A stretch of 56,881 nt of DNA from assembly GCA_900128585.1 (NCBI GenBank), contig LT642156.1, positions 1 through 56,881 of the forward strand, in the 5' to 3' direction. The notes beneath the pieces are model-generated. The model was not told the origin of the DNA. It did no database searches and saw only the letters and a program-made list of their open reading frames with translations. Every line of letters begins with the position of its first letter. Within the stretch, counting starts at the first letter, position 1. Below are positions 30,858 through 41,726 of this stretch, piece by piece. The translations under genes and the position numbers were made by a program. The stretch comes from Stramenopiles sp. TOSAG23-3 (Eukaryota).

Positions 30858-31823
30858 CTACAATTCAACGTTGCCCTTCCTTTTCTTGGTGGGTTTCCGC
30901 CGCTTTCGCTTTGGCTTCTCGGTTTCTATTATTCCGTACATGCCTTTTGGCGCTTTCGGTACCATTTTGGCAATTTCTGGACTGTGCACCCATTGCTGCG
31001 CGGTGAACTTCTCGCCTTTCACAATTGGGCACCCACCATGCCAAGTTCTTTTGTCGCTTTCTCCGTTGGCGAGCCGGGGGAGGAAAAGCAGTGCTCGCCC
31101 CTTTGCTGGTCTGACTTTTAACGTCTCGGAGCAACAGCAGTGGGGCATATCTCTGTAATGAGAATAGTTCGATGCATCGCACAGGATTTCGTCTCTACAA
31201 GATTGTTTCTTTAAGTCCCCACTGCTATTGTACGGGACGGCAACACCCGGTTCAAGCCTTTTTTCTACCAAAGGGAATATCGTCTCTCCTCCTTCTTCTG
31301 GAGTTGAAAGGTACATCAAGACAGTTGCAAACCGAAAATTTGCGCTGGACTGGATGGCTGCCGAATAATCGTAATGTGGCTGGTAAAGTTGTTTTTTCCC
31401 GTACCTTTGAATCTGCAGTGCTTCGAATTGCTGATCTTTGTTCAAGGCATACGTGTGCCCTTGGAGTGGAAGAGCAAGGAGCAAATCACGAATGCGCTTT
31501 CGTATTTTTCTCACCGCTCTACGATTTGCTTGGTGTTCGGTCAAAAAGTGGGACGAGGAGGTCCGTTTGGAAATGGTTTGGTCTCCCGCTGTTTTTGCAG
31601 GAACCAGGTGAGGGAGCGACACGCTAACAAGGTAGTCGCACTCTTTTGCAGTCAAAAAATTATCAACTACAGCAATGGGCGGATTGAGACTAAGCATTTG
31701 CCCATTTTCGTAGCGATCCAACGCCCGTGCCCATGCGTCCAAAGAAACCGCATTTGTATTAACGATGACCACACAGAGGCAGACTGCCACAACGTGGAGG
31801 GGGAGAAATATTATCGTGCGCAT
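30858..31823 (-). CDS. Prolyl 4-hydroxylase (2OG-Fe(II) oxygenase), secretory pathway
   Basis: Signal peptide, DNFLTAKECDYL, RTSS, EALQIQRY, HYD, RFATVLMYLS..EEGGETIFP, HGGCPIVKGEK. Ends in a basic tract + NVEL. Confidence 0.92.
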   Translation of the reverse strand: MRTIIFLPLHVVAVCLCVVIVNTNAVSLDAWARALDRYENGQMLSLNPPIAVVDNFLTAKECDYLVSVSLPHLVPAKTAGDQTISKRTSSSHFLTEHQANRRAVRKIRKRIRDLLLALPLQGHTYALNKDQQFEALQIQRYGKKQLYQPHYDYSAAIQSSANFRFATVLMYLSTPEEGGETIFPLVEKRLEPGVAVPYNSSGDLKKQSCRDEILCDASNYSHYRDMPHCCCSETLKVRPAKGRALLFLPRLANGESDKRTWHGGCPIVKGEKFTAQQWVHSPEIAKMVPKAPKGMYGIIETEKPKRKRRKPTKKRKGNVEL

Positions 31824-33288
31824 GGCGTCAAATTATTTTTCCAGTCCAGTGTGAACAAGCGCCCACAGCATTTCGTTGTATTTATTTGTTTGGTTGAATT
31901 TATCACCCCCCCCCCTTCTCGTTGCAGGTATTAAATGCGATATCACAATGACATTTCATAAATTTATAACCCCCCACATTTATGAAAGTAAGTTTAATCA
32001 CTTTATTATTTTTTTATTGATGAATCTGTTCAGCCTATTTCTATGTATTATATTCTGATTATATATTATTATCTAAAAAAATACAAATTTGAGTTTCCGT
32101 TGTTGTTATAATCCTACCGTATTGTTTTTTCTATTGATTGTGTTTCTTGTTTAGTTATTATTATTTGTTATTAATTATTGTTCTTCTTTTTGTCGTGTTC
32201 TTTTTCTTTCGTATTATGTGTGTATCAATATTTAAACAAATACGGTACAGGGTACAGGTACATTGGTGAAATAAATAATAGATTAAAAATAATTGGAATA
32301 TACATATATGTACACTACACTAAATACAATGGTGGAAAAGGGTATGCAAAAATAAATAGACCTACTACATGTATAGTTAGTTGAAAAGGCCAATTGTTAG
32401 ATCATAGACTAATTAGTCACACTTTTTTTTTATATACTATTACAGCAGGACATTGGGTCACAATTTTGTATAATTAATCCAAGATTATATATGTAGACCA
32501 TTATAATATGACATTTTCGTATGAATTTGAGGTTCGAATTCGGGATTCGGGATTCGGCATATATTTGAATCTTTCTCTGGTCTCTGGACTCTGGACTTGA
32601 CACGACACACGACACCCGCGCATCATCCGCGGGTGTCAAGTCACAGGTATATTATAATATTAGACTATATAACACGTACTAGTAAGTACCGATAAAATAA
32701 AATACCTGGTAATAGTATAGCACCAAATAAAACGTTTTAACTTTTGACTAAAAGCTAGACAATAGTATTAATGGAATTAACGAACAGCGAACAGCGAAGA
32801 AGTTGCAACGAAATAAAAGAAGAAGAGCAAAACAATTGACTCTTGAATTTTTATTGCTTGCATATAGTGGGTTGTTGTGGCTCTAATATTTACGTAATTA
32901 TACTGATAAAAGAGTAAGAGGATATCATTATACGATAATACTACTATAACTAATAATGCAAAATACAATAGTAGTTTCAGCACAAAATAATAATAAATTA
33001 AAAAAAAAGGGAGGAAGAAGAAGTAAGAAGGAGGAAGGGGGAAAAAATATGATCATCATAGGTACATAGTAGGTATCATCATATTAATATCATGGCGGGG
33101 TGCGGCGCGATGATGAGATATTCCCACAATTAATATACATCGCCGCATGGTGAAATGGTGAAAGTATTTTAAAACAACCATCTGGTAAACCATCTTCCTA
33201 ATCATTCTCTTGCAACACCGTTTTTTTCCTGCTCGAACGTGTTCAAGCACCCAAAGCGAACGAACGACGAATTAATTATATATTCTGG

Positions 33289-33993
33289 ATGAGAATAAGC
33301 ACTGTCCTTGTGGTATGCGCGACCGTCCTTGTTGCAGCAAGCGCAAGGAGGCTTGCTGGTAGGGAATGGCGTGAAGGATATGAACTTGCAAGCCGTGAGA
33401 CAAGATGCGATGTATGCAACAACGTGGCACCGTTTACGTATCAATACATCGAACACGACCAGTGTGATGCAGTGACTTATAATCGCGCAATGGAAATATG
33501 TACAATCAAAGACTATGAGCCGGGTACAGAAGAGTTCGACGTTTGCATGTACATTAATTTGGACGGATGCCAGCAATTAATGTATGAAATCAGCCGGGGA
33601 TCCCTAGCATTTTCGAACAAACTGTGCAGGCATTGGTGTGCATCGCGAAGGCTAGGTGATGACTATGCGCCAAAAAGACGCTTGATCGGTGCTTTAAAAA
33701 GGCGATTGTTTAAAGCGCATGGGAGATGGTGCGGTCCTAACTGGACAAACGGACGAAAAATTGCTTCTCGGGATTTCTGGATTGCAGAAGGCAGACCGTA
33801 TTCATTCAATAATGACTGGGACTACCCCGCCGTTGATAGTGACGACCGGGCATGCCGGACACATGATTTACGTTGTGCTAAATCTTCTGTGGGCTGTTGC
33901 CAGTGGCACGACGTAGCCTTAGTAAGGTCCTTGAACGATTCCCCATGGATTGCTCTCGCCATGAAGCTCGCATCGAAGACACGGAAGTGTTGA
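33289..33993 (+). CDS. Secreted precursor: Cys-rich (possibly saposin-like) domain + secretory phospholipase A2-like domain
   Basis: Signal peptide, HGRWCGPNW Ca-loop-like motif, PAVDSDDRACRTHDLRC catalytic His-Asp motif, four RRL motifs. Confidence 0.75.
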   Translation: MRISTVLVVCATVLVAASARRLAGREWREGYELASRETRCDVCNNVAPFTYQYIEHDQCDAVTYNRAMEICTIKDYEPGTEEFDVCMYINLDGCQQLMYEISRGSLAFSNKLCRHWCASRRLGDDYAPKRRLIGALKRRLFKAHGRWCGPNWTNGRKIASRDFWIAEGRPYSFNNDWDYPAVDSDDRACRTHDLRCAKSSVGCCQWHDVALVRSLNDSPWIALAMKLASKTRKC

Positions 33994-34063
33994 AAAAATC
34001 ACAAACAAACGCTGTGCTCTTTGTGTACTTCATACTCGTACGAAGGTGTTACTCTAGTAATTT

Positions 34064-34132
34064 AAAACAAGAAAATTGGCTGTTATTTAAGTAATTTTAA
34101 AAACAAGAAAATTGGCTGTTATTTAAGTAATT
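34064..34132 (-). repeat. Two tandem copies (period 36) of the dispersed 33-bp element
   Basis: aaaacaagaaaattggctgttatttaagtaatt at 34064-34096 and 34100-34132; exact reverse complement of 48310-48342 and 52331-52363. Confidence 0.95.
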
Positions 34133-34324
34133 AATTAAAAAGGGAGAATGCGCCAATCTTTTATTCAAAAATCTTTAAGATGTTATTTTTTACTTCTTGA
34201 AAAAACTTTGTTTATCTGTAATGATCTTACGCGATTGAATTAAAAAAGCTCTCTCCCCTCTCCGTTTCTCTTTCTGTATTTGTTTCTATTTTTACACACT
34301 TTTCGCGCGTGCAGTTCTCTCTTC

Positions 34325-36013
34325 TCACAGGCTGCTGGGTGTTCTGCTGACGTACATGTATTCTTCGTTGCGATGGTAAATTTGGGACAAGAAAGCATCC
34401 GCGGCTGGGGGACCTCGGCTTCCGTAAGGGTATGGAATTGGTGTAGGGGCATTTCCACTTTCCAGAGCATGCAGCAGAGGGGTAAAGATTGCCCATGCGG
34501 CCTCCAACTCATCGTTGCGGACAAATGCAGATTGTTCTCCTCGCAATACATCCAATATTAGGCGCGTGTACGCATCTGGTATTGTCGCTGAAAGTTCTGG
34601 AAAGCTACTCTTGTAGTCCAAATCCATATCCGTCATCATCGGCTGGGTCCTGAAACCAGGCATTTTTACATTCATCTTCATGTAAACGGCCTCGTCAGGC
34701 TGTACGCGAATAACTAGCTCGTTGTTTGGCATGTCGTGACCGGCAAACATGGTGGAATGCCCAGGGGGGCACTTCAATTGTATTCGTACCTCTGCTTTTC
34801 TTTCGTTAAGTGCTTTTCCCGCTTTCATAATGAAGGGGACTCCTGCCCACCGAGAATTGTTGATCTGGAACTGCGCCAAGCAATAGGTTGGGCATTTGGA
34901 CCCCTCCGGCACCGTCTCGTCGTCCAAGTAGCCCGGTTTACCGTTCGCCGCGCAGTACTGACCGATAATAACATCGTCGAGCGCCAACGGTGGGATGCAA
35001 CGAAGCACTTTGACCTTTTCGTCCCGGACGTAGTTGCTATGATTTCCCCCTGATACGCACACCGGGGGCTCCATCGCCACTAAACTTAGGATCTGCAGCA
35101 AATGGTTCTGCATAACATCGCGGATGATCCCAAACTCGTCAAAGTACCCCCCTCGCCCTTCCGTCCCAAAGTTTTCCTTGAAGCTTATAATCACGCACTT
35201 CACCGAATCACGATTCCACAACGGGGACAGAAAGATGTTCGCAAATCGCAACACCATCAAATTCTGAACCATCTCCTTCCCCAAATAATGGTCAATACGA
35301 TACACTTGATCCTCGGTAAGAACGCTTCCTAAGCTTCTTGCCAGCTCGGCCGAGCTTTCGGAGTCTTTCCCAAAAGGCTTTTCTACAATAAAACGATTCC
35401 AGCCTGCCGTGGACATGGCCGCAAACTTTATTGCCTGCGCAGACGGTGCAAATTGCGGCGGGGGTATGGCGAAATAAAACAGCCGGTTGCACGAACTGGT
35501 AGCGGAGTGGTGGTTCACCCCTTCCTCAAAGGCAGTCGCGTGGACGTGCAGTTTCTCCCAAGAAGCGGTGTCGTCATACGCCTTCCCCTGGTTGTAAAAG
35601 CACTTAGACAGGAACGGCGCAACGAATTTCTCTGGCCCCTTCCCTTCCAAGCAGCCGGACATCTTTTCTCGAAAACTTTCGTCCGTGTACGGGCTCCGTG
35701 CGAAACCAACCACTTCGAAGTGCTCTGGCAAGTAGCCTAAACAAAAGAGTTGAAATAGAGATGGGTACGTCTTCTTCTTAGCAAGGTCCCCCGAGGCACC
35801 CACAACGACGACAGTAAGTGCCTCAGCCTGAAAGTCAAGACCAGGAGCATCCGAAGTGTTCCTAATCAACAGTTGTTTCAAGTCTTTCTCGCCCGGATTC
35901 AGGGCCGTCGGGGAGATGGCCCGAGGTTTGCTGGACAGTGTCGGGGAGGACGGTGCTGCCGGCACGTCATCCATGCCGGCAACGGAGTACAATTTAAAAG
36001 TCTTCAGATCCAT
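34325..36013 (-). CDS. G6PD: Glucose-6-phosphate 1-dehydrogenase
   Basis: GASGDLAKKKTYP, EKPFGKD, RIDHYLGKEMVQN, GTEGRGGYFDEFGIIRDVMQNHLLQ. Start is ATG 36013 or 35974. Confidence 0.97.
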   Translation of the reverse strand: MDLKTFKLYSVAGMDDVPAAPSSPTLSSKPRAISPTALNPGEKDLKQLLIRNTSDAPGLDFQAEALTVVVVGASGDLAKKKTYPSLFQLFCLGYLPEHFEVVGFARSPYTDESFREKMSGCLEGKGPEKFVAPFLSKCFYNQGKAYDDTASWEKLHVHATAFEEGVNHHSATSSCNRLFYFAIPPPQFAPSAQAIKFAAMSTAGWNRFIVEKPFGKDSESSAELARSLGSVLTEDQVYRIDHYLGKEMVQNLMVLRFANIFLSPLWNRDSVKCVIISFKENFGTEGRGGYFDEFGIIRDVMQNHLLQILSLVAMEPPVCVSGGNHSNYVRDEKVKVLRCIPPLALDDVIIGQYCAANGKPGYLDDETVPEGSKCPTYCLAQFQINNSRWAGVPFIMKAGKALNERKAEVRIQLKCPPGHSTMFAGHDMPNNELVIRVQPDEAVYMKMNVKMPGFRTQPMMTDMDLDYKSSFPELSATIPDAYTRLILDVLRGEQSAFVRNDELEAAWAIFTPLLHALESGNAPTPIPYPYGSRGPPAADAFLSQIYHRNEEYMYVSRTPSSL

Positions 36014-36433
36014 AACACAGTTTGATGAAATCGATACATGCAATTGATCATTGGTAAAACTGAAACAATTTCTCTCTCTTTGAATTTTCTTTCCTTTATT
36101 GTTAAATTACTCTTTTGCACCACACTGAAGAAACACACGGTTGGACAAGGTGTTTTGGTTAGTGAATGGTGAATAATCCAAACTCGCCGCGTGGGATGAT
36201 GGATAGATGGAGGATGATGATGACAACAAATTATTAATATTAATTTTTTAATAGTATAATAAATACAGGGTATAGCACAGCACAAACAACTCACAAAAAT
36301 AATAATAAGAAGGATACTACATACACACTACAGCAACAGTATCTTCTTTTTCTCTTTTCACCACTAAGTAGACTAGTCTCATATCTTTTGATGTAATAAC
36401 CTCATAATCATCATGTTATAAATAGGTTTACCA

Positions 36434-39400
36434 TCACAAACTTGGTCGCTGCCTCACGGGCGAAAAATTTGGCATTTCATTCAAATTTCGATACGCCCGA
36501 CCACTGTAGCCGTTGCGACCATCCATGTTTCCACGCCTGTGGCCTTGGGTAGGCGATAAGGGCTGCAGCTCCCCATCCCCAGCCCTAGGATTTCGAACCA
36601 AACGATCTGATTTGTGTTGGAAATTTGACTGGACAGAGCGACCTACGGAAGGCAAAAATACAGCATTTTTCGCCTGGGGTTTTTGCCCTGGGTTGTAACT
36701 TTTGAATGGCAATGGTGTCGATTTTCGAAACTTGTGCAGCGTTCGCGGTTGACGAAACGCGCCCTTTGCACTTTTTGTAATGTGTCGAATTTCTTGGTTT
36801 ACATGGTTGATCAGCATTTGCTTAAATTCCGCGCTGACCTGAGTCTCGCTTTTCCCCGCTGACTTTGGCCCTTTGTACGTTCGCGTTGGGCGCTTCTTCT
36901 TCTTTCGTCGTCTTCGGACGGATTTTTTGGCTTTGGCATGGTTAGACCTTACTTTAGCCTCTAGCTCTTCCGAAGGCGGGGGGTGTGGCTCTTGTTGTAT
37001 AAACCCGATTTGGGGGATTAAAAATGGCGCCGCCTGCGCCTTGTTTCCAGCACGCTTGTTGTCCGCAGATACGATGCGGTCGCGGCTGCTGCTGCCATCG
37101 CGTTTACCGTTGCTGAGACGCCTGCCCCCAGCCGACACGGACGCGGCGGCACTTCTCGCGGTGCCTCTCAAATTGTGCAAAATGCTCCCAAAATTGGGGG
37201 GGCGCTTCATTCCCTGCGTTTTATACATTGGGATAGAGACCGCATGGTCCGATGGCATGCGAATATCACGCTTCGTCACGGCCAACTCTTTCTCTTTCCT
37301 TTGCGCGGATGCGTACAGCACTTTCTTCCTTTCACGCTTGAAGGTAATCACACTTGGCTGGTAGCCCTTGTCTTCCTCGCTATCGCCGGTAATCGACCCG
37401 TCTACTACTTGCTCCGCACTGATGCCCTGTTCATCGCTGCTCTCTTTGTCTTTCTTTTCCTCTCTGTAAGGGGTGGGGTCGCGCGAGTTTCTTAATTGTA
37501 ACCGTTTCTTGCCAGAGCTCAATTTTGGGGAACGTCGCCGACTTTGTTTAGAAGCCTCTCGTCTCTTTTTTTTAGCCTCCGCTGTGTTCTCGTCTACCTT
37601 CTTTTCTACGTTTGGCGAGAAGACTTCGTGGTACACTTTGAAGTCGTCGACGACAGCCGCTTCCTGAAAGGATGCGTCGTTGAAATTTGTATAGAGCCAT
37701 GCACTTGATGCTTTCCGACATGGCGTATTCATTGTCACCGTGCTAATTCCTAAGCCTAGCTGGTTGCCCCAACCGCCAAGGGTGTGCTTGTCGGAGGGAA
37801 CGCCCGGTTCTATCAGCATGGTAGCAATTTCCTCATCTACCAGTTGGTCCGCACTTGACACCTTTCGCTTGCGTCTACTTGGCTTGATTCCTCGGTACAC
37901 TTCTAGCTGAAGGCTATCGAGGCACCGTTGCACATGCCCCCGCCTGCTTGAGTCGGGGTGGTACATTTGCAATATCATGTCCCCAAGGCCCATTCCGCAC
38001 AAGCTTAGGTGGACGACGTTGAATTGGTAGCCGGCCAATGGCCCGTGATCCGCACCACAGTACGTGCTCTCGACGGTGAAACTGTTGTTAATCTTCAGCT
38101 CGCGGGCCACCACTACGCGGGCTGTGGATTCTCGCCCTGGGGTCACTTTGAAATGCGTGTCGCGGTAGGAAAAGAATTGGTGAGAGAAAAGCCCTTTTGA
38201 CATTAGCATGGGTATCAAGCGTCGGCTGGGCACCGGACGGTTCTTTTCTTCTACGCCGTACATGAACACGTTGTTCTTGCGGCTGTGCGCGTGGATGTCC
38301 AAATACATAACTACGTTTCGCTCCTTGCGAAAATTGGATATCATCTGCTTGGTATAAAATATCGTCGGGTGGCTCATGTTGCTGGGGGTTGACCACTGCC
38401 GGTTCAAATCGACGGCCGAAAGATTGCAGCGGTTGTTGCCGTAAAATACCCCGTCTGGGTTGAGCATAGGGACTACCTTGAAGACAAACAATTTGCGGAG
38501 CAGTTTCGCGGCCTCTGAAGGGCCTGTTACGAAGTCGAGAAAGCCTTTCATGATCCAGCTAGCCGGCGTTTCCCCAGGGTGCACCCGGGCGGTAATAACA
38601 ACGGCGCGCCTTGGCCGTCGGGGGTCCTCATCTTCCTCAAAATCGGTTATGGTCAGAAGGTCACACTGGCGTTCTGCGAGCGTTTTGCACAACACGGACC
38701 TGCGGATGCACTTCCCTCGTTCCTCTGTCAACTCTTTCAAGTGGCGCAAATTATCGGTGTACGTGTACGGAACAGAGTGCGCTAGGAGAACGGTGTCGGA
38801 CGGGTGTTGAAAGGTTACTTTAAAGGTAAGCGTGTAATGGTTTCCCCGGCCGTCAATGCGTGTGTACTGGTTGGGAAAATAGCATATGTCGCTTCCCGAC
38901 CTCCTCCAACCCATCTCCGCATTTTCCGCCTCGAAGCAGGAATACGTTACGGGTTGCATCCCTTGGTTGTACATGCTATCCGGTTTGCACAAGTTGACGA
39001 CGTTAAATTTGTAGGTGACACTACCACTGGGGGCGACCCCGAGGTTTATGGGGAAACAGTCCTTCATCCCTTCGAACTGTTTCTCCTTGATCGCATTCCT
39101 CTCTCTGCGGGCCGCTTTCCTGGAAGACTCCTCTTTCCAGTTATTAGGGTGGGTGTTTGTCACCGCAAAATACCACCACTGCATAAAACTCTTCGTGTTC
39201 ACATCGGCACGGACAAATAGATCATATTCGTACGGCCCTATTTGCACTGCTCTCAAGAGATTCCCGCTTTCAAACCTCGATTCAAAGTGTAGCATGTGGT
39301 GCTCTTTGTCCTCCGAACCTTTTCGCGATTCCGGCGAGGCAGAGCGCTCGTTGCCCTTGGGGTGATTTTCGGCAGTGTATGCCGACTCTTTCTGCGCAAT

Positions 39401-40378
39401 TCTCCAGTCGTACGCTACACACGGGTAACGGCGGGCCTCCTCCCCCTCTTCATCCAGGCTAGTAAAAATAATCGAGCGCCGCCGCACAATTTCTCGAGAT
39501 GCCACCAAGGTCGGGTTTAACTGTTTGCTCAAAATGGGCTCTGGTACCGAGGGGGCAGTCTGCAGCAGCGGGAACGACCAAGGTTTCGTATCGGCCCCAC
39601 TGATACGGCCCCACGGGCATGGCCCCCAGTTTCGAAGCTCGTCTGGGGAAGCTATTCCCGGCAACTGCTTCAAAGCCGTTTGTACCATTGGGCCTGAAGT
39701 TGCTTCCCCCTTTTCCTCGTTCCTGGCACCACCACTTCTATTTTTCGTTCCAAATATCACCCCAGTTGTATGTTCCCCACCCCCCGTATTTTCGTCAATC
39801 CACCCGTCCCCGTCGCTATCATCACCGTCACTACTATCATTAATATTTCCGTTACCCCCCGTCTGTTCCGGTGCTCCTCCCCCGCCTACACTATAGAGAG
39901 GGACTCCAGCATTGGTTTTAACGGACGGTACAGTCGGCGGCCCCTCTGCCGTATTTACCGCCGCCCCGCCTTCAAAATGGTAATGTTTACCCCCCTTAGA
40001 GACCAGGGGACCCGTGCCCATGTTCTCCACACTAATTAAACCCTTTTCCGGAACGCCGGCCGCGCTAAACACTGCGTCGAGCATGTCAGCATTTTTGTTC
40101 TTCCTGGCCTGTTCGACTTCAGTTGTAACCGAACGGGCGTTACTGGCGGTAGTATGTTGCTCCTTTCGGTCTCCTGGTTTACTGGGGCTGGTACTTTCCA
40201 GAAGATTTTCCAATGCTTCTACGCCCGGCAAACTTGCGCCCTGCTCACTCTCTAGATCAATCCGAAGGATTTCTTTCCCACCATCCTCGCCCAACGTGTT
40301 ATGTACATTGCTAACAAACGAAAGTGATTTTGTAGCGTGCCCATTACCCTCGCCGGTTTCGACAACCCTAACTTGCAT
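36434..40378 (-). CDS. Cytosolic carboxypeptidase (M14D, CCP/AGBL tubulin deglutamylase family)
   Basis: FESRFESGNL, QWWYF, PYTYT, ARVHPGE, PMLNPDGV..GNNR, DLNR, DIHAHS, SFTVE. First ATG at 40378. Confidence 0.93.
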   Translation of the reverse strand: MQVRVVETGEGNGHATKSLSFVSNVHNTLGEDGGKEILRIDLESEQGASLPGVEALENLLESTSPSKPGDRKEQHTTASNARSVTTEVEQARKNKNADMLDAVFSAAGVPEKGLISVENMGTGPLVSKGGKHYHFEGGAAVNTAEGPPTVPSVKTNAGVPLYSVGGGGAPEQTGGNGNINDSSDGDDSDGDGWIDENTGGGEHTTGVIFGTKNRSGGARNEEKGEATSGPMVQTALKQLPGIASPDELRNWGPCPWGRISGADTKPWSFPLLQTAPSVPEPILSKQLNPTLVASREIVRRRSIIFTSLDEEGEEARRYPCVAYDWRIAQKESAYTAENHPKGNERSASPESRKGSEDKEHHMLHFESRFESGNLLRAVQIGPYEYDLFVRADVNTKSFMQWWYFAVTNTHPNNWKEESSRKAARRERNAIKEKQFEGMKDCFPINLGVAPSGSVTYKFNVVNLCKPDSMYNQGMQPVTYSCFEAENAEMGWRRSGSDICYFPNQYTRIDGRGNHYTLTFKVTFQHPSDTVLLAHSVPYTYTDNLRHLKELTEERGKCIRRSVLCKTLAERQCDLLTITDFEEDEDPRRPRRAVVITARVHPGETPASWIMKGFLDFVTGPSEAAKLLRKLFVFKVVPMLNPDGVFYGNNRCNLSAVDLNRQWSTPSNMSHPTIFYTKQMISNFRKERNVVMYLDIHAHSRKNNVFMYGVEEKNRPVPSRRLIPMLMSKGLFSHQFFSYRDTHFKVTPGRESTARVVVARELKINNSFTVESTYCGADHGPLAGYQFNVVHLSLCGMGLGDMILQMYHPDSSRRGHVQRCLDSLQLEVYRGIKPSRRKRKVSSADQLVDEEIATMLIEPGVPSDKHTLGGWGNQLGLGISTVTMNTPCRKASSAWLYTNFNDASFQEAAVVDDFKVYHEVFSPNVEKKVDENTAEAKKKRREASKQSRRRSPKLSSGKKRLQLRNSRDPTPYREEKKDKESSDEQGISAEQVVDGSITGDSEEDKGYQPSVITFKRERKKVLYASAQRKEKELAVTKRDIRMPSDHAVSIPMYKTQGMKRPPNFGSILHNLRGTARSAAASVSAGGRRLSNGKRDGSSSRDRIVSADNKRAGNKAQAAPFLIPQIGFIQQEPHPPPSEELEAKVRSNHAKAKKSVRRRRKKKKRPTRTYKGPKSAGKSETQVSAEFKQMLINHVNQEIRHITKSAKGAFRQPRTLHKFRKSTPLPFKSYNPGQKPQAKNAVFLPSVGRSVQSNFQHKSDRLVRNPRAGDGELQPLSPTQGHRRGNMDGRNGYSGRAYRNLNEMPNFSPVRQRPSL

Positions 40379-41726
40379 GCTCCTTCTGTACTCCCGCGTG
40401 CACAAAACTAGGCTTGTTTCACAAAATCTTGACTTCCACACCCGTTGACGCTGTTACGTTACCAGTATATTTCCCTGCCCACCAAGATTTCATACACCAA
40501 TGCTATAAAGAAAACAACGAATGCATTAAAAATTCTTATAAGATATTATTTTAAAAGATAAATCAATATATATGTGTGTTGTAAATTATTTAGGAACATA
40601 TATTATTATAATAATAATAATAAAAATACTAAAAAAATTTCATCATCGTACTACCTCGTATATCATCATCAAAGCAATATAGACTAATAATTTTTTTATA
40701 GTTGTTTATGTGATTATAAAAAATAATAATAATAATAAAAAAATAACAAAAAAAATGTAAATAAATAAAATGCGATTATTGAGTATTTATTATTACATTA
40801 TATTTTATTTATTTTGTTTTTGAGTTTTGAGACTCATAGACTAATAAATTGTATACGGTAGAGACTACTCGTGCTGTATTAGTGGAATTAGTCGTTCTAT
40901 TATTCCAATTATATCTTAATTATATAACTAACATAATATTTTACCTACGGTAAGAGTATGAGTGCCAATGAGTACGATAATAATAGACTAATAATAGTAC
41001 GGGAAAAAAAAATCCACAATAAATAATAATAATCAATAACTAGACGACTACTGTAGCTTAAAGAATCTAAGAAAGAACACAACAACAACACACAAAAAAA
41101 GAAGAAAAAAAAGAAAAAAACAGCAATTTAGAGGAGTACAATAATAGCTCTCGTAATTTTACTTCTCTGTATATCGTATTCGTTTACAGCTACGTACATT
41201 ACGAGGAAATAGGACTAGTTATTAGTTTTTATTTTTAAGCCTATTTATATATATTTTTGATCTACTCGTACTGTCCTCATTCCACTCATATTATTATTAT
41301 ATGTGTGACATGGCAATATGGCAATTGCATCGTTTTTTTGATGTAAAACGACGTTTTGACAGTGTTGATGTGTTGAGCTCCCTCGCTCCCTCCCTCCAAG
41401 ATGTAATTTGATAGGAGTTCATATATAATATACTAAATATATACTAAACAATATACCAGGAAATGTGGCCAATATCGAATATGTAATTTCTGAGCTACTA
41501 CCGGTACCTGGTATTAATACCATAGTAGATACACAGCAGGGTGAGGCAGGCAAGAAAATTAATTCCAAGAAAAAAAAATGGTTTGTTTATTATCTACTAC
41601 CTTGGTATTATATACTTAGGTATCATCTGATAATTTTTATGCATGATTATTATTTGTGGTTCTTTCTCTGTGTGACATATTGATACTCTTGCACAAATTT
41701 AATACCTTTTTTTAATTGAGAACGGT

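Noticed and set aside
34064-34132. 33-bp direct repeats as a CRISPR array
   Set aside because: Only two adjacent copies, 3 nt apart, with no spacers and no cas genes, in a eukaryotic context.
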